A DNA stretch of 64,000 bases from Tissierellaceae bacterium (GCA_031460505.1 JAVKTT010000004.1:118197-182196), one strand, 5' to 3'; counted from the first letter of the stretch, positions 19,420 to 29,233 are shown. Made by a program: numbers and translations. The notes: generated from the sequence alone by a model not told the origin.

Positions 19420-19944
19420 TCATCTTAATCTATCATCTTCAAACAATATATTTCCGTGAGAATCATAAGCTTTAATACTACTAAACTTAACTTCATCTAC
19501 CCAAGTTAATAAGAACATATCATCATAGAATTCTGTCTGCGAAAGAACACTTCCATCATCAACATATACTTCAACCTTATCTATTCTATTATCATTTATA
19601 ATTCCATAACATTTGAAATTTGGCCTTGAATAAGACCATGTATAGTCCAATGGTTTCGTCTCATCTACTTCTATGCCAGTGACCTGGCTTCCAAAAGTCC
19701 AGAAAAAAAACATTGATTTTCTAACAGTATTACATGAAATCCATCTGTCATATTTACTTAATATAAACTTTCCTTTATCAAAGTCTTGAATATGAGTTAC
19801 TTCAGATGGACCATAATGAATGCTTCTTTCAGACGCTTCATGAGCAGCTTTAGGGGTTAGATATAGATTGAAGCTATTAAATCTTAGAATGAATAAAATA
19901 AGTAGAATAGTAATATTTCTAAGTATTTTTTTGTTTCTATTCAT
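19420..19944 (-). CDS. Hypothetical signal-anchored protein (third gene of the PadR operon)
   Basis: The 174-aa ORF overlaps the upstream gene by 8 nt and has a hydrophobic N-terminus. Confidence 0.4.
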   Translation of the reverse strand: MNRNKKILRNITILLILFILRFNSFNLYLTPKAAHEASERSIHYGPSEVTHIQDFDKGKFILSKYDRWISCNTVRKSMFFFWTFGSQVTGIEVDETKPLDYTWSYSRPNFKCYGIINDNRIDKVEVYVDDGSVLSQTEFYDDMFLLTWVDEVKFSSIKAYDSHGNILFEDDRLR

Positions 19945-20662
19945 TTAAGTCACCTGCCTTAAGTGGTACTTCTAACTTATAGTATCTATTATATGAGTCA
20001 TATTCAATTATTAATGTTGTAGCTTCTAATGGAAAATCACTAAGAGTTATTACACCTTTGGTAATTATTCCACCAGATGAAGAGCCAGAGCCTGCAAAAT
20101 ATTCATTACCTAAATCATCTTTTACAGTTCCAATGCTACCTAGTGACCATCCTCTACCAAACAACAAGTTAGTTTCATAATACTCATATAAAATAGTCAT
20201 ATCCCCATTCTTCTCGTATATTAGATTCTTAAATTTAATTACTCTATCATCAATTTTTACCTTCTCATCTAACTTGATATTATAAACTATATTTTCCTTT
20301 GGAATATCTTTCGCAGGGTTTCGTGAGAATATTGTGTTTAGTAATGAAATGCTAAGTGAGAAAATTAGTATAAATAAATTAATTGCTACCAAAACACTGG
20401 TAATGACATATATCCATCCTAAAATTGGGTTGTGTTCTTTATTTAAAGCTATCCCTATTTCCTTAGGATTGCCCATATCTTTTAGTGTTAGTTCCTCTGC
20501 TATTCCATTGTCCATTCCTTGATTATGGTAATATTCAATTTTATCTAATATATGTTCCTCTAGTTCTTTTTCTATTTCATCTCTATCAAAAGGAAATTTA
20601 ATGTAAGAAATGACTTCTTTTATGAAATCATCACTCTTATGCAAATTCATATTCATCACCAT
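19937..20662 (-). CDS. PadR-associated membrane protein (permease-prefix/DUF1700-like N-terminal domain)
   Basis: The N-terminal helical segment IKEVISYIKFPFDRDEIEKELEEHILDKIE is typical of proteins encoded after PadR regulators. A TM segment and an ectodomain follow. Confidence 0.5.
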   Translation of the reverse strand: MVMNMNLHKSDDFIKEVISYIKFPFDRDEIEKELEEHILDKIEYYHNQGMDNGIAEELTLKDMGNPKEIGIALNKEHNPILGWIYVITSVLVAINLFILIFSLSISLLNTIFSRNPAKDIPKENIVYNIKLDEKVKIDDRVIKFKNLIYEKNGDMTILYEYYETNLLFGRGWSLGSIGTVKDDLGNEYFAGSGSSSGGIITKGVITLSDFPLEATTLIIEYDSYNRYYKLEVPLKAGDLNE

Positions 20663-20981
20663 AGACTACTTTTTCCACTGATTGAGTAAATACTTTCCAT
20701 TGCTGTTTTTCCTCAACTAGCTGCTTATTTCCTTTTTTAGTTAGTTGATAATATTTACGATCCCTTCCAGCATCCCCCTTTGCACGATACGACTCCACAT
20801 AACCCATATTCTCTAATTTATGAAGAACTGGGTAAAGTGTACCCTCTTTTAATTGAAACGAATTATCTGAACGTAGTTCTAATTCTCTAATAATTTCATA
20901 TCCGTACATATCCTTTTCTTGTAATAAGGATAACAAAAGTAAATTTGTGCTACCTCCTATTAGCCCCTTATCAAATTTCAT
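20637..20981 (-). CDS. PadR family transcriptional regulator
   Basis: LLLLSLLQEKDMYGYEIIRELE...EGTLYPVLHKLENMGYVESY. Start at the ATG after GGAGGTG. Confidence 0.85.
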   Translation of the reverse strand: MKFDKGLIGGSTNLLLLSLLQEKDMYGYEIIRELELRSDNSFQLKEGTLYPVLHKLENMGYVESYRAKGDAGRDRKYYQLTKKGNKQLVEEKQQWKVFTQSVEKVVYGDEYEFA

Positions 20982-21136
20982 GTCTACACCTCCATATCTA
21001 TACATAGACCTTCTAAGTATAGAATACCTTGAACATCTATGTATGTCAAGGAAAAATATGTAATTTAAGTCGAGAAAAAAGAACAGAACTAAAAAAGCTA
21101 GATATCATCACAATATCTAGCTTTAGTTTCAACTAT

Positions 21137-21364
21137 CTACTTATCTTTTACTTGCCAAGTACCATCGCTCGTACATACATATTCTCTACCATCTTCATTG
21201 ACAATTACAGAACCTACACCATGATTTTTATTATCATATATACAGGAAACATCATTGTTCATTGTTGATGCCTTTGTTGAAGATTGAATATTACCTGGTG
21301 CAGAAATCTTGTTTACATATCTTGCCTGTTCCATTTCTTTATCTATAATTTTTTTATCTTTCAA
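21137..21364 (-). CDS. Small hypothetical protein
   Basis: 75-aa ORF with a TTG start after GAAGGGA. No family recognised. Confidence 0.3.
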   Translation of the reverse strand: MKDKKIIDKEMEQARYVNKISAPGNIQSSTKASTMNNDVSCIYDNKNHGVGSVIVNEDGREYVCTSDGTWQVKDK

Positions 21365-21489
21365 TATTCACATTCCCTTCAGATTTATTTGCCTCAATTT
21401 TAATTATGCTCAAATAGTAGTAAATAATTCTGATTATGAGAATTAATTGTTTAAGTGAAAACTGTAAAATTCTATTTATGTATCTATTA

Positions 21490-21566
21490 AAGTTAATCTA
21501 ATACATTAACTCTACGAATCTGCATTTTCTAAGCTTTTATGCTTAAAGTTAAACTTTAACTTTAAG
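21490..21566. repeat. 77-bp intergenic repeat, copy B (3' of a different GNAT gene)
   Basis: Partner of 11022-11098. Contains the perfect palindrome cttaaagttaaa-c-tttaactttaag. Confidence 0.8.
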
Positions 21567-21576
21567 AACTAAGCCT

Positions 21577-22107
21577 CTATTCAAAAAACTCTTTGCTATA
21601 GACCACAGTTCCTGAAACATCTGCAAGACTTCCTATTTCTAGTTCTAATGCCATAAATGCTTCATCTGGAACATCAAATGGTGCTTTAATATCCCATTTA
21701 CTTGCTGGCCTAAACCCAAATCTTGGATAGTATTTATCGTGTCCAAGAACAATAACTGACTTAAAACCTTTTTCTTTTGCTATCTTTAAACTGTCTCTTA
21801 TTAATTTACTTCCTATACCTTTATTCTGATATTCCGGTAACACTGAAACAGGTGCTAATCCCAATGATTCATAATTATTTTCTTCATTTTCAATGTTTAA
21901 TTTTGTAAGCATTATATGACCTACAATTTGACCATCTATCTCTGCTACAAGAGAAAGTTCAGGTATAAATGCATCACTTTTTCTAAGTTTAGCAACTAAA
22001 AAATGTTCGGTATGGTCAGTATGTTTTGCATTTTTAAATGATTTTTCTACCACGATTTCTGATAATTTATAGTCCTTTTCTATTTCTTGCCTTATCTTTA
22101 TATCCAT
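21577..22107 (-). CDS. GNAT family N-acetyltransferase (YhbS-like)
   Basis: QNKGIGSKLIRDSLKIA motif. Start at MDIKIRQE after AAGGAGA. Confidence 0.75.
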   Translation of the reverse strand: MDIKIRQEIEKDYKLSEIVVEKSFKNAKHTDHTEHFLVAKLRKSDAFIPELSLVAEIDGQIVGHIMLTKLNIENEENNYESLGLAPVSVLPEYQNKGIGSKLIRDSLKIAKEKGFKSVIVLGHDKYYPRFGFRPASKWDIKAPFDVPDEAFMALELEIGSLADVSGTVVYSKEFFE

Positions 22108-22142
22108 GTGATTTATCTCCTTTGTAAACTTAAAATTTATAA

Positions 22143-22268
22143 TCAATTTTTACATCTTATATTTTTCCCATACAGTTGCCAACCTTTATCTGACATTTCA
22201 TTTAACCATTTTTCTTCTCTTTCCCTCTTCAGTAATATTAAAAATATGTATTCTCCTTTTAATGTTAT
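22143..22268 (-). pseudogene. Remnant of a DUF2812-like gene (N-terminal ~40 codons only)
   Basis: The minus-strand frame reads ...YIFLILLKREREEKWLNEMSDKGWQLYGKNIRCKN*. EEKWLNEMSxKGW is the DUF2812 N-terminal signature as I recall it. There is no start codon or SD, and it is truncated by a stop just before the GNAT gene. Confidence 0.35.
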
Positions 22269-22350
22269 TTATTACTACACATATAATTATTGAGTTAGTT
22301 AAAAATAAACATATAAAATAAAATTCAAACTAAAGAGAATGGTGAATATA

Positions 22351-22956
22351 ATGAGCAAAATACTATATGTTAAGGCAAATGCAAAGCCAGAAGGACTCTC
22401 TAGAACATTTAAAGTATCTGATAGCTTTGTAAAATCATATAAAGAATTACATCCAGATGACATAATTACAACATTAGACTTATATAATGAAGGTATAAGG
22501 TTTCTAAAAGAAGAAGATATTATGTCCCTTAATAATGATGAACAACTACAAGATATGAATCACCCTGTATTTAAGTATGCCCATCAATTTCTTGAAGCAG
22601 ATAAAATAATAATAGCTGCACCGTTTTGGAATTTAAGCTTCCCAGCAATTCTAAAAGCCTATCTTGATTGTGTAGCTGTAGGAGGTATCACATTTAAATA
22701 TACACCAGAAGGTCCAAAGGGACAATGCTCAGGGAAAAAGGCTATTCATTTTGTTACAAGAGGAGGAGAATATTCAGAAGAACCATTATCTTCGTATGAG
22801 CTTGGGGATAGGTATCTTAGAACACTTTTTGCTTTCCTTGGAATAACCGATTTTACAACCTTTGCCTTGGAAAATATGGATCGTAGTTCAACTAATGTTG
22901 ATGAGGTTATAGCAAATGCAATAACAGAAACAAAAGAATTAGCTAAGAATTTTTAA
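22351..22956 (+). CDS. azoR: FMN-dependent NADH-azoreductase
   Basis: MSKILYVKANAKPE... and the APFWNLSFPAILKAYLD motif are typical of AzoR. Confidence 0.8.
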   Translation: MSKILYVKANAKPEGLSRTFKVSDSFVKSYKELHPDDIITTLDLYNEGIRFLKEEDIMSLNNDEQLQDMNHPVFKYAHQFLEADKIIIAAPFWNLSFPAILKAYLDCVAVGGITFKYTPEGPKGQCSGKKAIHFVTRGGEYSEEPLSSYELGDRYLRTLFAFLGITDFTTFALENMDRSSTNVDEVIANAITETKELAKNF

Positions 22957-22959
22957 AAC

Positions 22960-22990
22960 ATAGACCTGCAAATTTGCATGGTCTATTTTG
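22960..22990 (+). terminator. Terminator after azoR
   Basis: atagacctgcaa / ttgcatggtctat hairpin followed by TTTTG. Confidence 0.6.
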
Positions 22991-23125
22991 ATTTCTTCAG
23001 GCTCATTAAAATTTTTAGTTAAACGATCATTGTTTTCATATATATCACGCCTAATATATTTTTAATATTAGGCTATTCATGCTTATATAGTTGGTGACAA
23101 TTTGTTATTCCTACCCCCATTATGT

Positions 23126-23362
23126 TTAATTACTGCTAGATTTTTGATCATAGTACACTACTCCTGCCCCTATTAAAGACAATACAGTATAGATGAATAC
23201 CCATATTAAGAAACTTTCATTAAATATTGTAAAAGTAGCTATGAGCCATACTAAAAAGGTTATTCCAACAACTATGTATGTTTTCTTTATTAAAATTTGG
23301 CCTATTATCCCAAATAATAATGATAGTAGAGGAAAAACCAATAATGCCATTAAAAATTCCAT
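23126..23362 (-). CDS. Small two/three-TM membrane protein
   Basis: 78 aa and almost entirely hydrophobic. SD AGGTGA. Last gene of a tight three-gene operon. Confidence 0.4.
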   Translation of the reverse strand: MEFLMALLVFPLLSLLFGIIGQILIKKTYIVVGITFLVWLIATFTIFNESFLIWVFIYTVLSLIGAGVVYYDQKSSSN

Positions 23363-23373
23363 AAGTTAGATCT

Positions 23374-23928
23374 TCACCTCTTAACAGTTTCTATTCTTTT
23401 ATATAGTCCGTCTTTTCTTTCCATCAGATTGAACCCCACTAAATCTCTTCTTATAGTACAAAAATCATCATAAAAATCAGCAATCATTAGATTTACTTCC
23501 TTCTCTGTATAGATTTTATTCCATTCAAAACTTTCTACTATCTTCTCTAAGACTATTTGCTTTTTCTTATTCTGTACTGGTAAACTCTTTAGTTTATTAT
23601 ACTTGAAGAATGATTCTATGACTTTCTTCTTGTATTCTTCTTCTCTTTGATCTAATATCTCAACTTCATTTCTATTATCCTTTATTAATTCCTTAAGATT
23701 CATTGTAAGTATTTCATCGTTCAAACTATAAATAGTATAGTATTGTTCTTTTTTAGACGAAACTATATCCGCATCCATTAACTTTTTAAGGTGAAAGGAA
23801 ATAGTTGAAGTAGACAATCCCAACCTTTCAGACAAGAGCTCAACATACATGGGTTCTACAATCAAATCATTTATTATTCTTAATCTTGATTTATCCGATA
23901 AACATTTAAAAATCTCTAATGATTTCAA
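23374..23928 (-). CDS. ArsR-type HTH regulator fused to a DUF2087 domain
   Basis: N-terminus LEIFKCLSDKSRLRIINDL...STSTISFHLKKL (ArsR wHTH). C-terminus YTEKEVNLMIADFYDDFCTIRRDLVGFNLMERK (DUF2087-like). TTG start after AGGAG preferred over the track GTG. Confidence 0.6.
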   Translation of the reverse strand: MKSLEIFKCLSDKSRLRIINDLIVEPMYVELLSERLGLSTSTISFHLKKLMDADIVSSKKEQYYTIYSLNDEILTMNLKELIKDNRNEVEILDQREEEYKKKVIESFFKYNKLKSLPVQNKKKQIVLEKIVESFEWNKIYTEKEVNLMIADFYDDFCTIRRDLVGFNLMERKDGLYKRIETVKR

Positions 23929-23939
23929 ATTTACCACTC

Positions 23940-24314
23940 CTAATTAAAATCAATCTGATCATAGTAATACTTAAATTGATTTTTCAATTCTTCAGCTTCT
24001 TTTATTTTTAATTCTTCAACTATTACTTCACTATCTTTTCCAAATTTTAGAGCCTTCTCTTTGTTAATATGCCAAGGTCCTGTAATCTTATCAAAAAAAC
24101 TTAAATATTTTCCCCTTAGGTCTACAGGATTATTACTAAGACTAATATTAAACATCTTATGAAAAATTTCAACTATATTTAGCCTTATCTTTTGTAAATT
24201 AGCCTCATCTAGGCATTCTTGCTTTTTTAAATCTGCAATGCTCCTTTTCAAGTCTTCCTGTTTTTTATTTAAGAAGTTCAAATAATTTTCTTTTAGTCCG
24301 TTTACACCCTTCAC
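23940..24314 (-). CDS. Hypothetical helical protein (first gene of the ArsR-DUF2087 operon)
   Basis: 124 aa with a GTG start after GGAGGG. No family recognised. Confidence 0.35.
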   Translation of the reverse strand: MKGVNGLKENYLNFLNKKQEDLKRSIADLKKQECLDEANLQKIRLNIVEIFHKMFNISLSNNPVDLRGKYLSFFDKITGPWHINKEKALKFGKDSEVIVEELKIKEAEELKNQFKYYYDQIDFN

Positions 24315-24499
24315 TCTTATCCCTCCAATAATTTATGTTATCAATATATTATACTATTAGCATTACTATTACAATACATATCTACTTAATTTATTTAAAT
24401 TTAATTCTATACTTATAAAAATGAATTGCTTTTTCTAAGATAATGCATTAGAATATAATTTGATATGTATCGAAATAATTTTATCTAGGAGGTATTGGT

Positions 24500-25185
24500 A
24501 TGGAATTTATAGACCTTATTCCAAATATTTGTGATGGATTTCCCTTTGATAAAGGAGATTTAGTTTTATTGAATTTTTGGGGTGATGATAAAGATCTAAG
24601 AGTTTTAAATTTGATTTCAGAAGGCTTAAGCAAAAAAGGGGTGGTCACTTACAAACATCATTGTTCAAATTTATTCTTCGAAAAGGTAGTTCTTAATCTA
24701 ATCCGTAATAATCAAAATCTTTCACAAAAATACTTAGGGCATTTATCCTCTTTCAAACATGTAATAGATATATTTATGTATACACCAAGTCTACCTAATG
24801 GAATTTTAGAATCTGAAATTCCTAAGTTTAAAGAATGTTTAGGTGAATTATTTAATTCGTTAACCCAAGATAAAAAATACTATATACAACTTACTGTACC
24901 TACAGAGATTAATGCTTTAAAGGCTGGCTTAGAATATGATCTTTATAATTCATCCTTATGCAATGCTTTATCTGTTGACTTTGCTAGTCTAAAAAGAGCT
25001 TGTAAGAAGAAAGTTGACAGTCTAAAATATATGAACAGAATAATGATAGAAACTCACCTATTGATGAAAAGGCTTTAGGTACTTATCATATAGGATTGGG
25101 TATGAATCATTTATTCGGTGGAGAAAACAATTGTCCATTTCATATGGATTTTGTATTTACTAGTGATAAAATAAGCTATAGCTAG
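24500..25185 (+). pseudogene. M29 (aminopeptidase T/S)-like gene, frameshifted and apparently internally deleted
   Basis: The 24500-25078 frame resembles the N-terminal half of M29 (FDKGDLVLLNF...; TVPTEINALKAGL). A different frame (25018-25185) encodes SPIDEKALGTYHIGLGMNHLFGGENNCPFHMDFVF, the M29 C-terminal metal-ligand region. The catalytic middle (~150 aa) is absent. Confidence 0.45.
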
Positions 25186-25540
25186 GATTACTTCTGAAAA
25201 CACTATCATCAACACTTAATTTTTCTTGGATATGTAATAAAAAGCTTTTACTTTTCTTAAAAGCATAATCTATAAGTATTTTATAGCATTCAAATATTGG
25301 CTCACTTACTATATGAATAAACATAGATAATGACACCCCTTTTACATTGACTTATTGAAAGACGTAAAATATAAAAAGCTAAACTTCACCATCCTTATTT
25401 GTGTATATCTTTTATTTTTTATACTAATATAGATTCCAAAAGTATAAACAAATTTTTGATAGTTCTGTTTTTCGTATTCTTCTACGCTTTGATTTAGTTC
25501 GTTAAAAGGGCCTGGCCTTTGTAGCTAGAAATTTCATAAA

Positions 25541-26074
25541 TCAATCGACTACTTTTAAAGGTAAGGAAGAAGAATCTGTCACAATGTTCCTAGCCTTCTG
25601 AATGAACGAGGCAATAACAGATTTGCCTGAAGTCACAAAATATCCCCTATTATCTATATTTATAAAAGCAGAATAGACATCGGAAGTATATCCATATGAT
25701 AGAATTAATTCAACAGTATATCTTTTATAAGTCCCATCCTCTTTGGGCAATGCAAAATATAAGTTAACCAAATCAGGATTTATCACGGCGTTCTTATAAA
25801 AGACTGGCCCGGATATTGAAACTTCATGAAGCAAGGGACCAAATAATTCATTAGATTTTCCTAATAATTCAGATACTGTACCAGACCAAGATTCATTATT
25901 TAGTTGAATAATATCATAAAAACCACAATAGGTAGTTCCATCGGATTCCACATCTTCTAGTCCTAGTGTATCCGACAAAGTTCTTGGCCTAAAATAAACT
26001 ACCAGTAAGATGGAAATAAATAATATGATCACAATAGCCCTAGCCCTATATTTCTTTTTTACTTTTTTTATCAT
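25541..26074 (-). CDS. Hypothetical signal-anchored protein
   Basis: 177 aa with a basic N-terminus plus TM (RARAIVIILFISILLVVYF). SD TAGGAGGG. Confidence 0.4.
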   Translation of the reverse strand: MIKKVKKKYRARAIVIILFISILLVVYFRPRTLSDTLGLEDVESDGTTYCGFYDIIQLNNESWSGTVSELLGKSNELFGPLLHEVSISGPVFYKNAVINPDLVNLYFALPKEDGTYKRYTVELILSYGYTSDVYSAFINIDNRGYFVTSGKSVIASFIQKARNIVTDSSSLPLKVVD

Positions 26075-26297
26075 GGTTTACACCCTCCTAAAATATATTT
26101 TAGTTGCACATAAATCTACTGATGTTCATCTATTACTTGCATATATTTCAATCTTACTATACATCAATTAAACATAGTAAATTTAATAATTTGTAATAAT
26201 ATTGGAAATAACTGTATAATTAACTTATATTAGAAATTATATAAAAAGTGTAACCTTTATCTTTCTATTTCGTTTATCTAGTGAAAGGGGTTTTTTC

Positions 26298-26786
26298 ATG
26301 GTTGGAGATGCACTAGAAAAATTGTATATAAAATATTATAAAGAGCTCTATTTATATGCCTTTTCTTTATGTAAAGATTACCATATGGCAGAAGATCTTG
26401 CTAGTGATACTTTCTACAAAGCTATCTTATCCTTTGACAATAAGGAATCATATATAAAGTATTGGTTATTTAGAGTATGTAAAAACCTTTTTCTAGACAG
26501 TCTTAGAAAGAATAAAGAATTTAGTGATACGGACCGACTTGATGGTATGATAAGCCTTGAAGAAACTCCCCTGGATAAACTTATTTATAGTGAAGAAAAA
26601 AGGAAACTTTATCAATATATCATGGGCCTAGCTCCTTCTTATAGAGAAGTTATTATACTTTATTATTATTGTGATTTTAGTTTAAAAGAAATTACAAAGG
26701 CTACAGGTTTAAGTGAAAGTAATGCGAAAGTATTGTTATATAGGGCTAGAAAAAGATTAAAGGTTCAGTTGGAGGGTGAAAAATGA
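26298..26786 (+). CDS. ECF-type RNA polymerase sigma-70 family factor
   Basis: Region 2 (YKELYLYAFSLCKDYHMAEDLASDTFYKA) and region 4 HTH (SLKEITKATGLSESNAKVLLYRARKRL). Confidence 0.85.
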   Translation: MVGDALEKLYIKYYKELYLYAFSLCKDYHMAEDLASDTFYKAILSFDNKESYIKYWLFRVCKNLFLDSLRKNKEFSDTDRLDGMISLEETPLDKLIYSEEKRKLYQYIMGLAPSYREVIILYYYCDFSLKEITKATGLSESNAKVLLYRARKRLKVQLEGEK

Positions 26787-27967
26787 AATTTGAAGAATTA
26801 TTAGATAGATATAAAAATGGAATTGCAAGTGAAGAAGAAAAACGAATAGTAGAAGAAGAACTAGAAAAATATGAAGCTATTGAAGAATATCTAAGTAACA
26901 TGATAGATTTTGAATTAGACCTTAGTGAAACATTGGAAAAAGAGAAATTCAAGGATGAATCTATAAAAATCAAAAAAAATGTAAATAGTAGATTGAGAAA
27001 AGTAGTTTTTACTTCTGTAAGCATTATGATAGCCTTGATAATTGGAATATTTTTCATTATCTCCCCTTTAATTGATATGTTATATTACAATCCTAAAAAA
27101 GTTACAGTTGGAGAAGTTGAGCATGATATTAATTTTGATTTGAAAGCTATTACTGAATTAAATTATCCAGGATATACTCTATCAAGCTTAGTAGATGTGG
27201 ATAGGCGAGGATTTGGCCAATATGATATTAGCTATTTTAGAACTAATCTTTTTACAGAAGAAACTAGTTATATAAATTCTAAAATAAAGCGAAATAATAA
27301 TATTTCTAACCACACTAGCTGGACTAATGATAGATCATTCAATTTTAGGACTATACAAATACCTGAGTGGTTTGACGAAGAAGATTCTATAAATCAAAAG
27401 AATAGGGTTATGAATCACGTCAATCAATTAAGCCCTGTTTCATATACATCATCTTGGCTAACATTTGAAAATGACTTAAATATGGAAGAATTACATCAAT
27501 TGGAGTTAAAGTATCCTGATATAAACTTCGTTTGGGTAGGTATTAGAATAGCTTCTCCTGGTGAAAGAGTTGTTAACTTACTAGGTTTTGCAACTAGATC
27601 AACTAAACTAACCAGAGATATCCCCAATTATGAAAAATACCCAGCTTTTGATTATTTAGAATGGTTGGTTAACCCTACAGACTTTGACCATGAAGCAAGT
27701 CGTATAGAACCAAGAGGATATGAGCTACACTTTAGAGATTTACTAAAATATGCAGTAGATAGAAAAGATGCTATTAATGTGTTAGAGCATCGAAATAGAC
27801 ATGAGTACTATGAAAAAGCTTTAAATTATATTGAAGAACACGGCGTAAAAACCTACGGGGTTTTTGCTTATGCTGAGGCTAAGGATTTAATTGGATTAGT
27901 GGAAAATGAGGCTATTCTTACTCTCGAGTTAAATCAAGTTATGGCATCTAAGAGATATATAGATTAA
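26783..27967 (+). CDS. Anti-sigma factor / sigma-factor regulator (single TM, large extracytoplasmic domain)
   Basis: Overlaps the sigma gene stop by 4 nt. Has an acidic helical N-terminus, a TM segment (VVFTSVSIMIALIIGIFFII) and a ~300-aa C-terminal domain. Confidence 0.6.
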   Translation: MKFEELLDRYKNGIASEEEKRIVEEELEKYEAIEEYLSNMIDFELDLSETLEKEKFKDESIKIKKNVNSRLRKVVFTSVSIMIALIIGIFFIISPLIDMLYYNPKKVTVGEVEHDINFDLKAITELNYPGYTLSSLVDVDRRGFGQYDISYFRTNLFTEETSYINSKIKRNNNISNHTSWTNDRSFNFRTIQIPEWFDEEDSINQKNRVMNHVNQLSPVSYTSSWLTFENDLNMEELHQLELKYPDINFVWVGIRIASPGERVVNLLGFATRSTKLTRDIPNYEKYPAFDYLEWLVNPTDFDHEASRIEPRGYELHFRDLLKYAVDRKDAINVLEHRNRHEYYEKALNYIEEHGVKTYGVFAYAEAKDLIGLVENEAILTLELNQVMASKRYID

Positions 27968-28136
27968 AAATTTAAAGTGGTTCCTAATGGAGCCACTTTA
28001 TTGCTATCTTATCCTATTTCTTACCTTAAGGGATCTTCTCATTTATTTCTTAATCAGAATCAAATACTTCACGTTGTATAATTTCTTCAGAGATTATCTT
28101 ATTATATACAACCCTCCTTCTGATGAAGTAATACTT

Positions 28137-29135
28137 CTACCCACCTAGTAAGTTTTGATCGAATGCGAATAATGCCTCATTTATTTCAAAGATATCATAA
28201 TTCTCATTTTCAATAAAATACTCAATGATTATGTCAAATTTATAGCTGTGAGAAAGTGCAAATCCTGCTTTAATGAGTAGATCCTTTGTTTCATCTAAAC
28301 TCAACCTCAATGCTATGGCAAAGGCAATAGCAGTAGGTTTACTTGGTTTATAATATATATCATTTTTAATTTTGGAAAAGTGTTTTCTATCAATATTTGC
28401 CCTTTTATAAGTTTCTACATCAGTCATGTCTTTTTCGTCAATTAATCTAATTAGCATCTGAGAAAATGTTTCGTCCATATTATTTACTAGATCTTTCAGA
28501 CTTCTCTTTTCTAATTTTGAGTAAGAGTAGTCTATCTTTTTCTCAATGTAAGAATCTTTTAGTTGAACACCTTCCTCAAGAATATCTCTAGTTTTATTTG
28601 GTCTTAATTCAATGTATTTATCATCTATATACTGCCTAATGGATGAAAATATCTTTTCAGATAAAAGAACTGATGTCTTATCAAATACCACAAGATATAT
28701 AGTCATTTCATTATTTAATAGAAATTCACTTATTTCAGAAATAGCAATTTTCATTGCTCTATCTTTTGGATATCCATAAGCTCCTGCAGAAATCAGCGGA
28801 AACGCTATACTTTTAACATTATATTTTTTTGCCATTAAAAGTGAATTTTTATAACAATCTCTAAGAAGTCTTTCCTCACTATTATTGCCACCTTGCCAAA
28901 TGGGTCCAACTGTATGTATTATATATTTTACTGGTAGATTGTATCCCTTAGTTATCTTTGCTTGACCAACCTTACAACCCCCAAGAGTGCGACATTCTTC
29001 AAGTAGTTTTGGACCTGCTGCTAGATGAATCGCACCATCGACTCCCCCTCCTCCTAATAGGGATGGGTTTGCTGCATTTACAATTGAATCTACCTTTACT
29101 TTTGTTATATCATCTCGGATTATATCAAATGCCAT
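28137..29135 (-). CDS. MacroD-type macro domain (ADP-ribose/O-acetyl-ADP-ribose hydrolase) fused to a C-terminal HTH-like domain
   Basis: [22 protein letters not shown] and [12 protein letters not shown] macro motifs in residues 1-170. The C-terminus [52 protein letters not shown] resembles an XRE-like HTH module. Confidence 0.75.
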   Translation of the reverse strand: MAFDIIRDDITKVKVDSIVNAANPSLLGGGGVDGAIHLAAGPKLLEECRTLGGCKVGQAKITKGYNLPVKYIIHTVGPIWQGGNNSEERLLRDCYKNSLLMAKKYNVKSIAFPLISAGAYGYPKDRAMKIAISEISEFLLNNEMTIYLVVFDKTSVLLSEKIFSSIRQYIDDKYIELRPNKTRDILEEGVQLKDSYIEKKIDYSYSKLEKRSLKDLVNNMDETFSQMLIRLIDEKDMTDVETYKRANIDRKHFSKIKNDIYYKPSKPTAIAFAIALRLSLDETKDLLIKAGFALSHSYKFDIIIEYFIENENYDIFEINEALFAFDQNLLGG

Positions 29136-29233
29136 CTACTTGCACCTCCTCAGTTATTTATCATTTATTTTATTATACCAAAATTAACCAATTATTCCTA
29201 AAATTCATGAGTTCAACTTACTTTAAGAAATAA

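Noticed and set aside
21029-21268. Plus-strand ORF 21029-21268 and other intergenic-spanning ORFs (12972-13178, 14104-14433, 22087-22293, 43396-43611, 44670-44936).
   Set aside because: They overlap better-supported genes or run through terminators or promoters, have no SD, and have implausible hydrophobic low-complexity translations.
11022-21566. Interpreting the two 77-bp GNAT-associated repeats as integron attC sites or gene cassettes.
   Set aside because: There is no integron integrase or attI in the window. Only two copies exist, 10 kb apart, separated by ordinary genes. The palindrome lacks the recognisable R/L box organisation. It is kept as an unexplained repeat only.
25076-25078. 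At first reading, an in-frame TAG inside the M29-like gene, raising the idea of pyrrolysine or stop read-through.
   Set aside because: Recounting the coordinates shows that the conserved C-terminal block (GTYHIGLG...) starts at 25078 in a different frame. The frame after the TAG hits another stop within 5 codons. This is therefore a frameshift or decay, not recoding. No pyl genes are visible.
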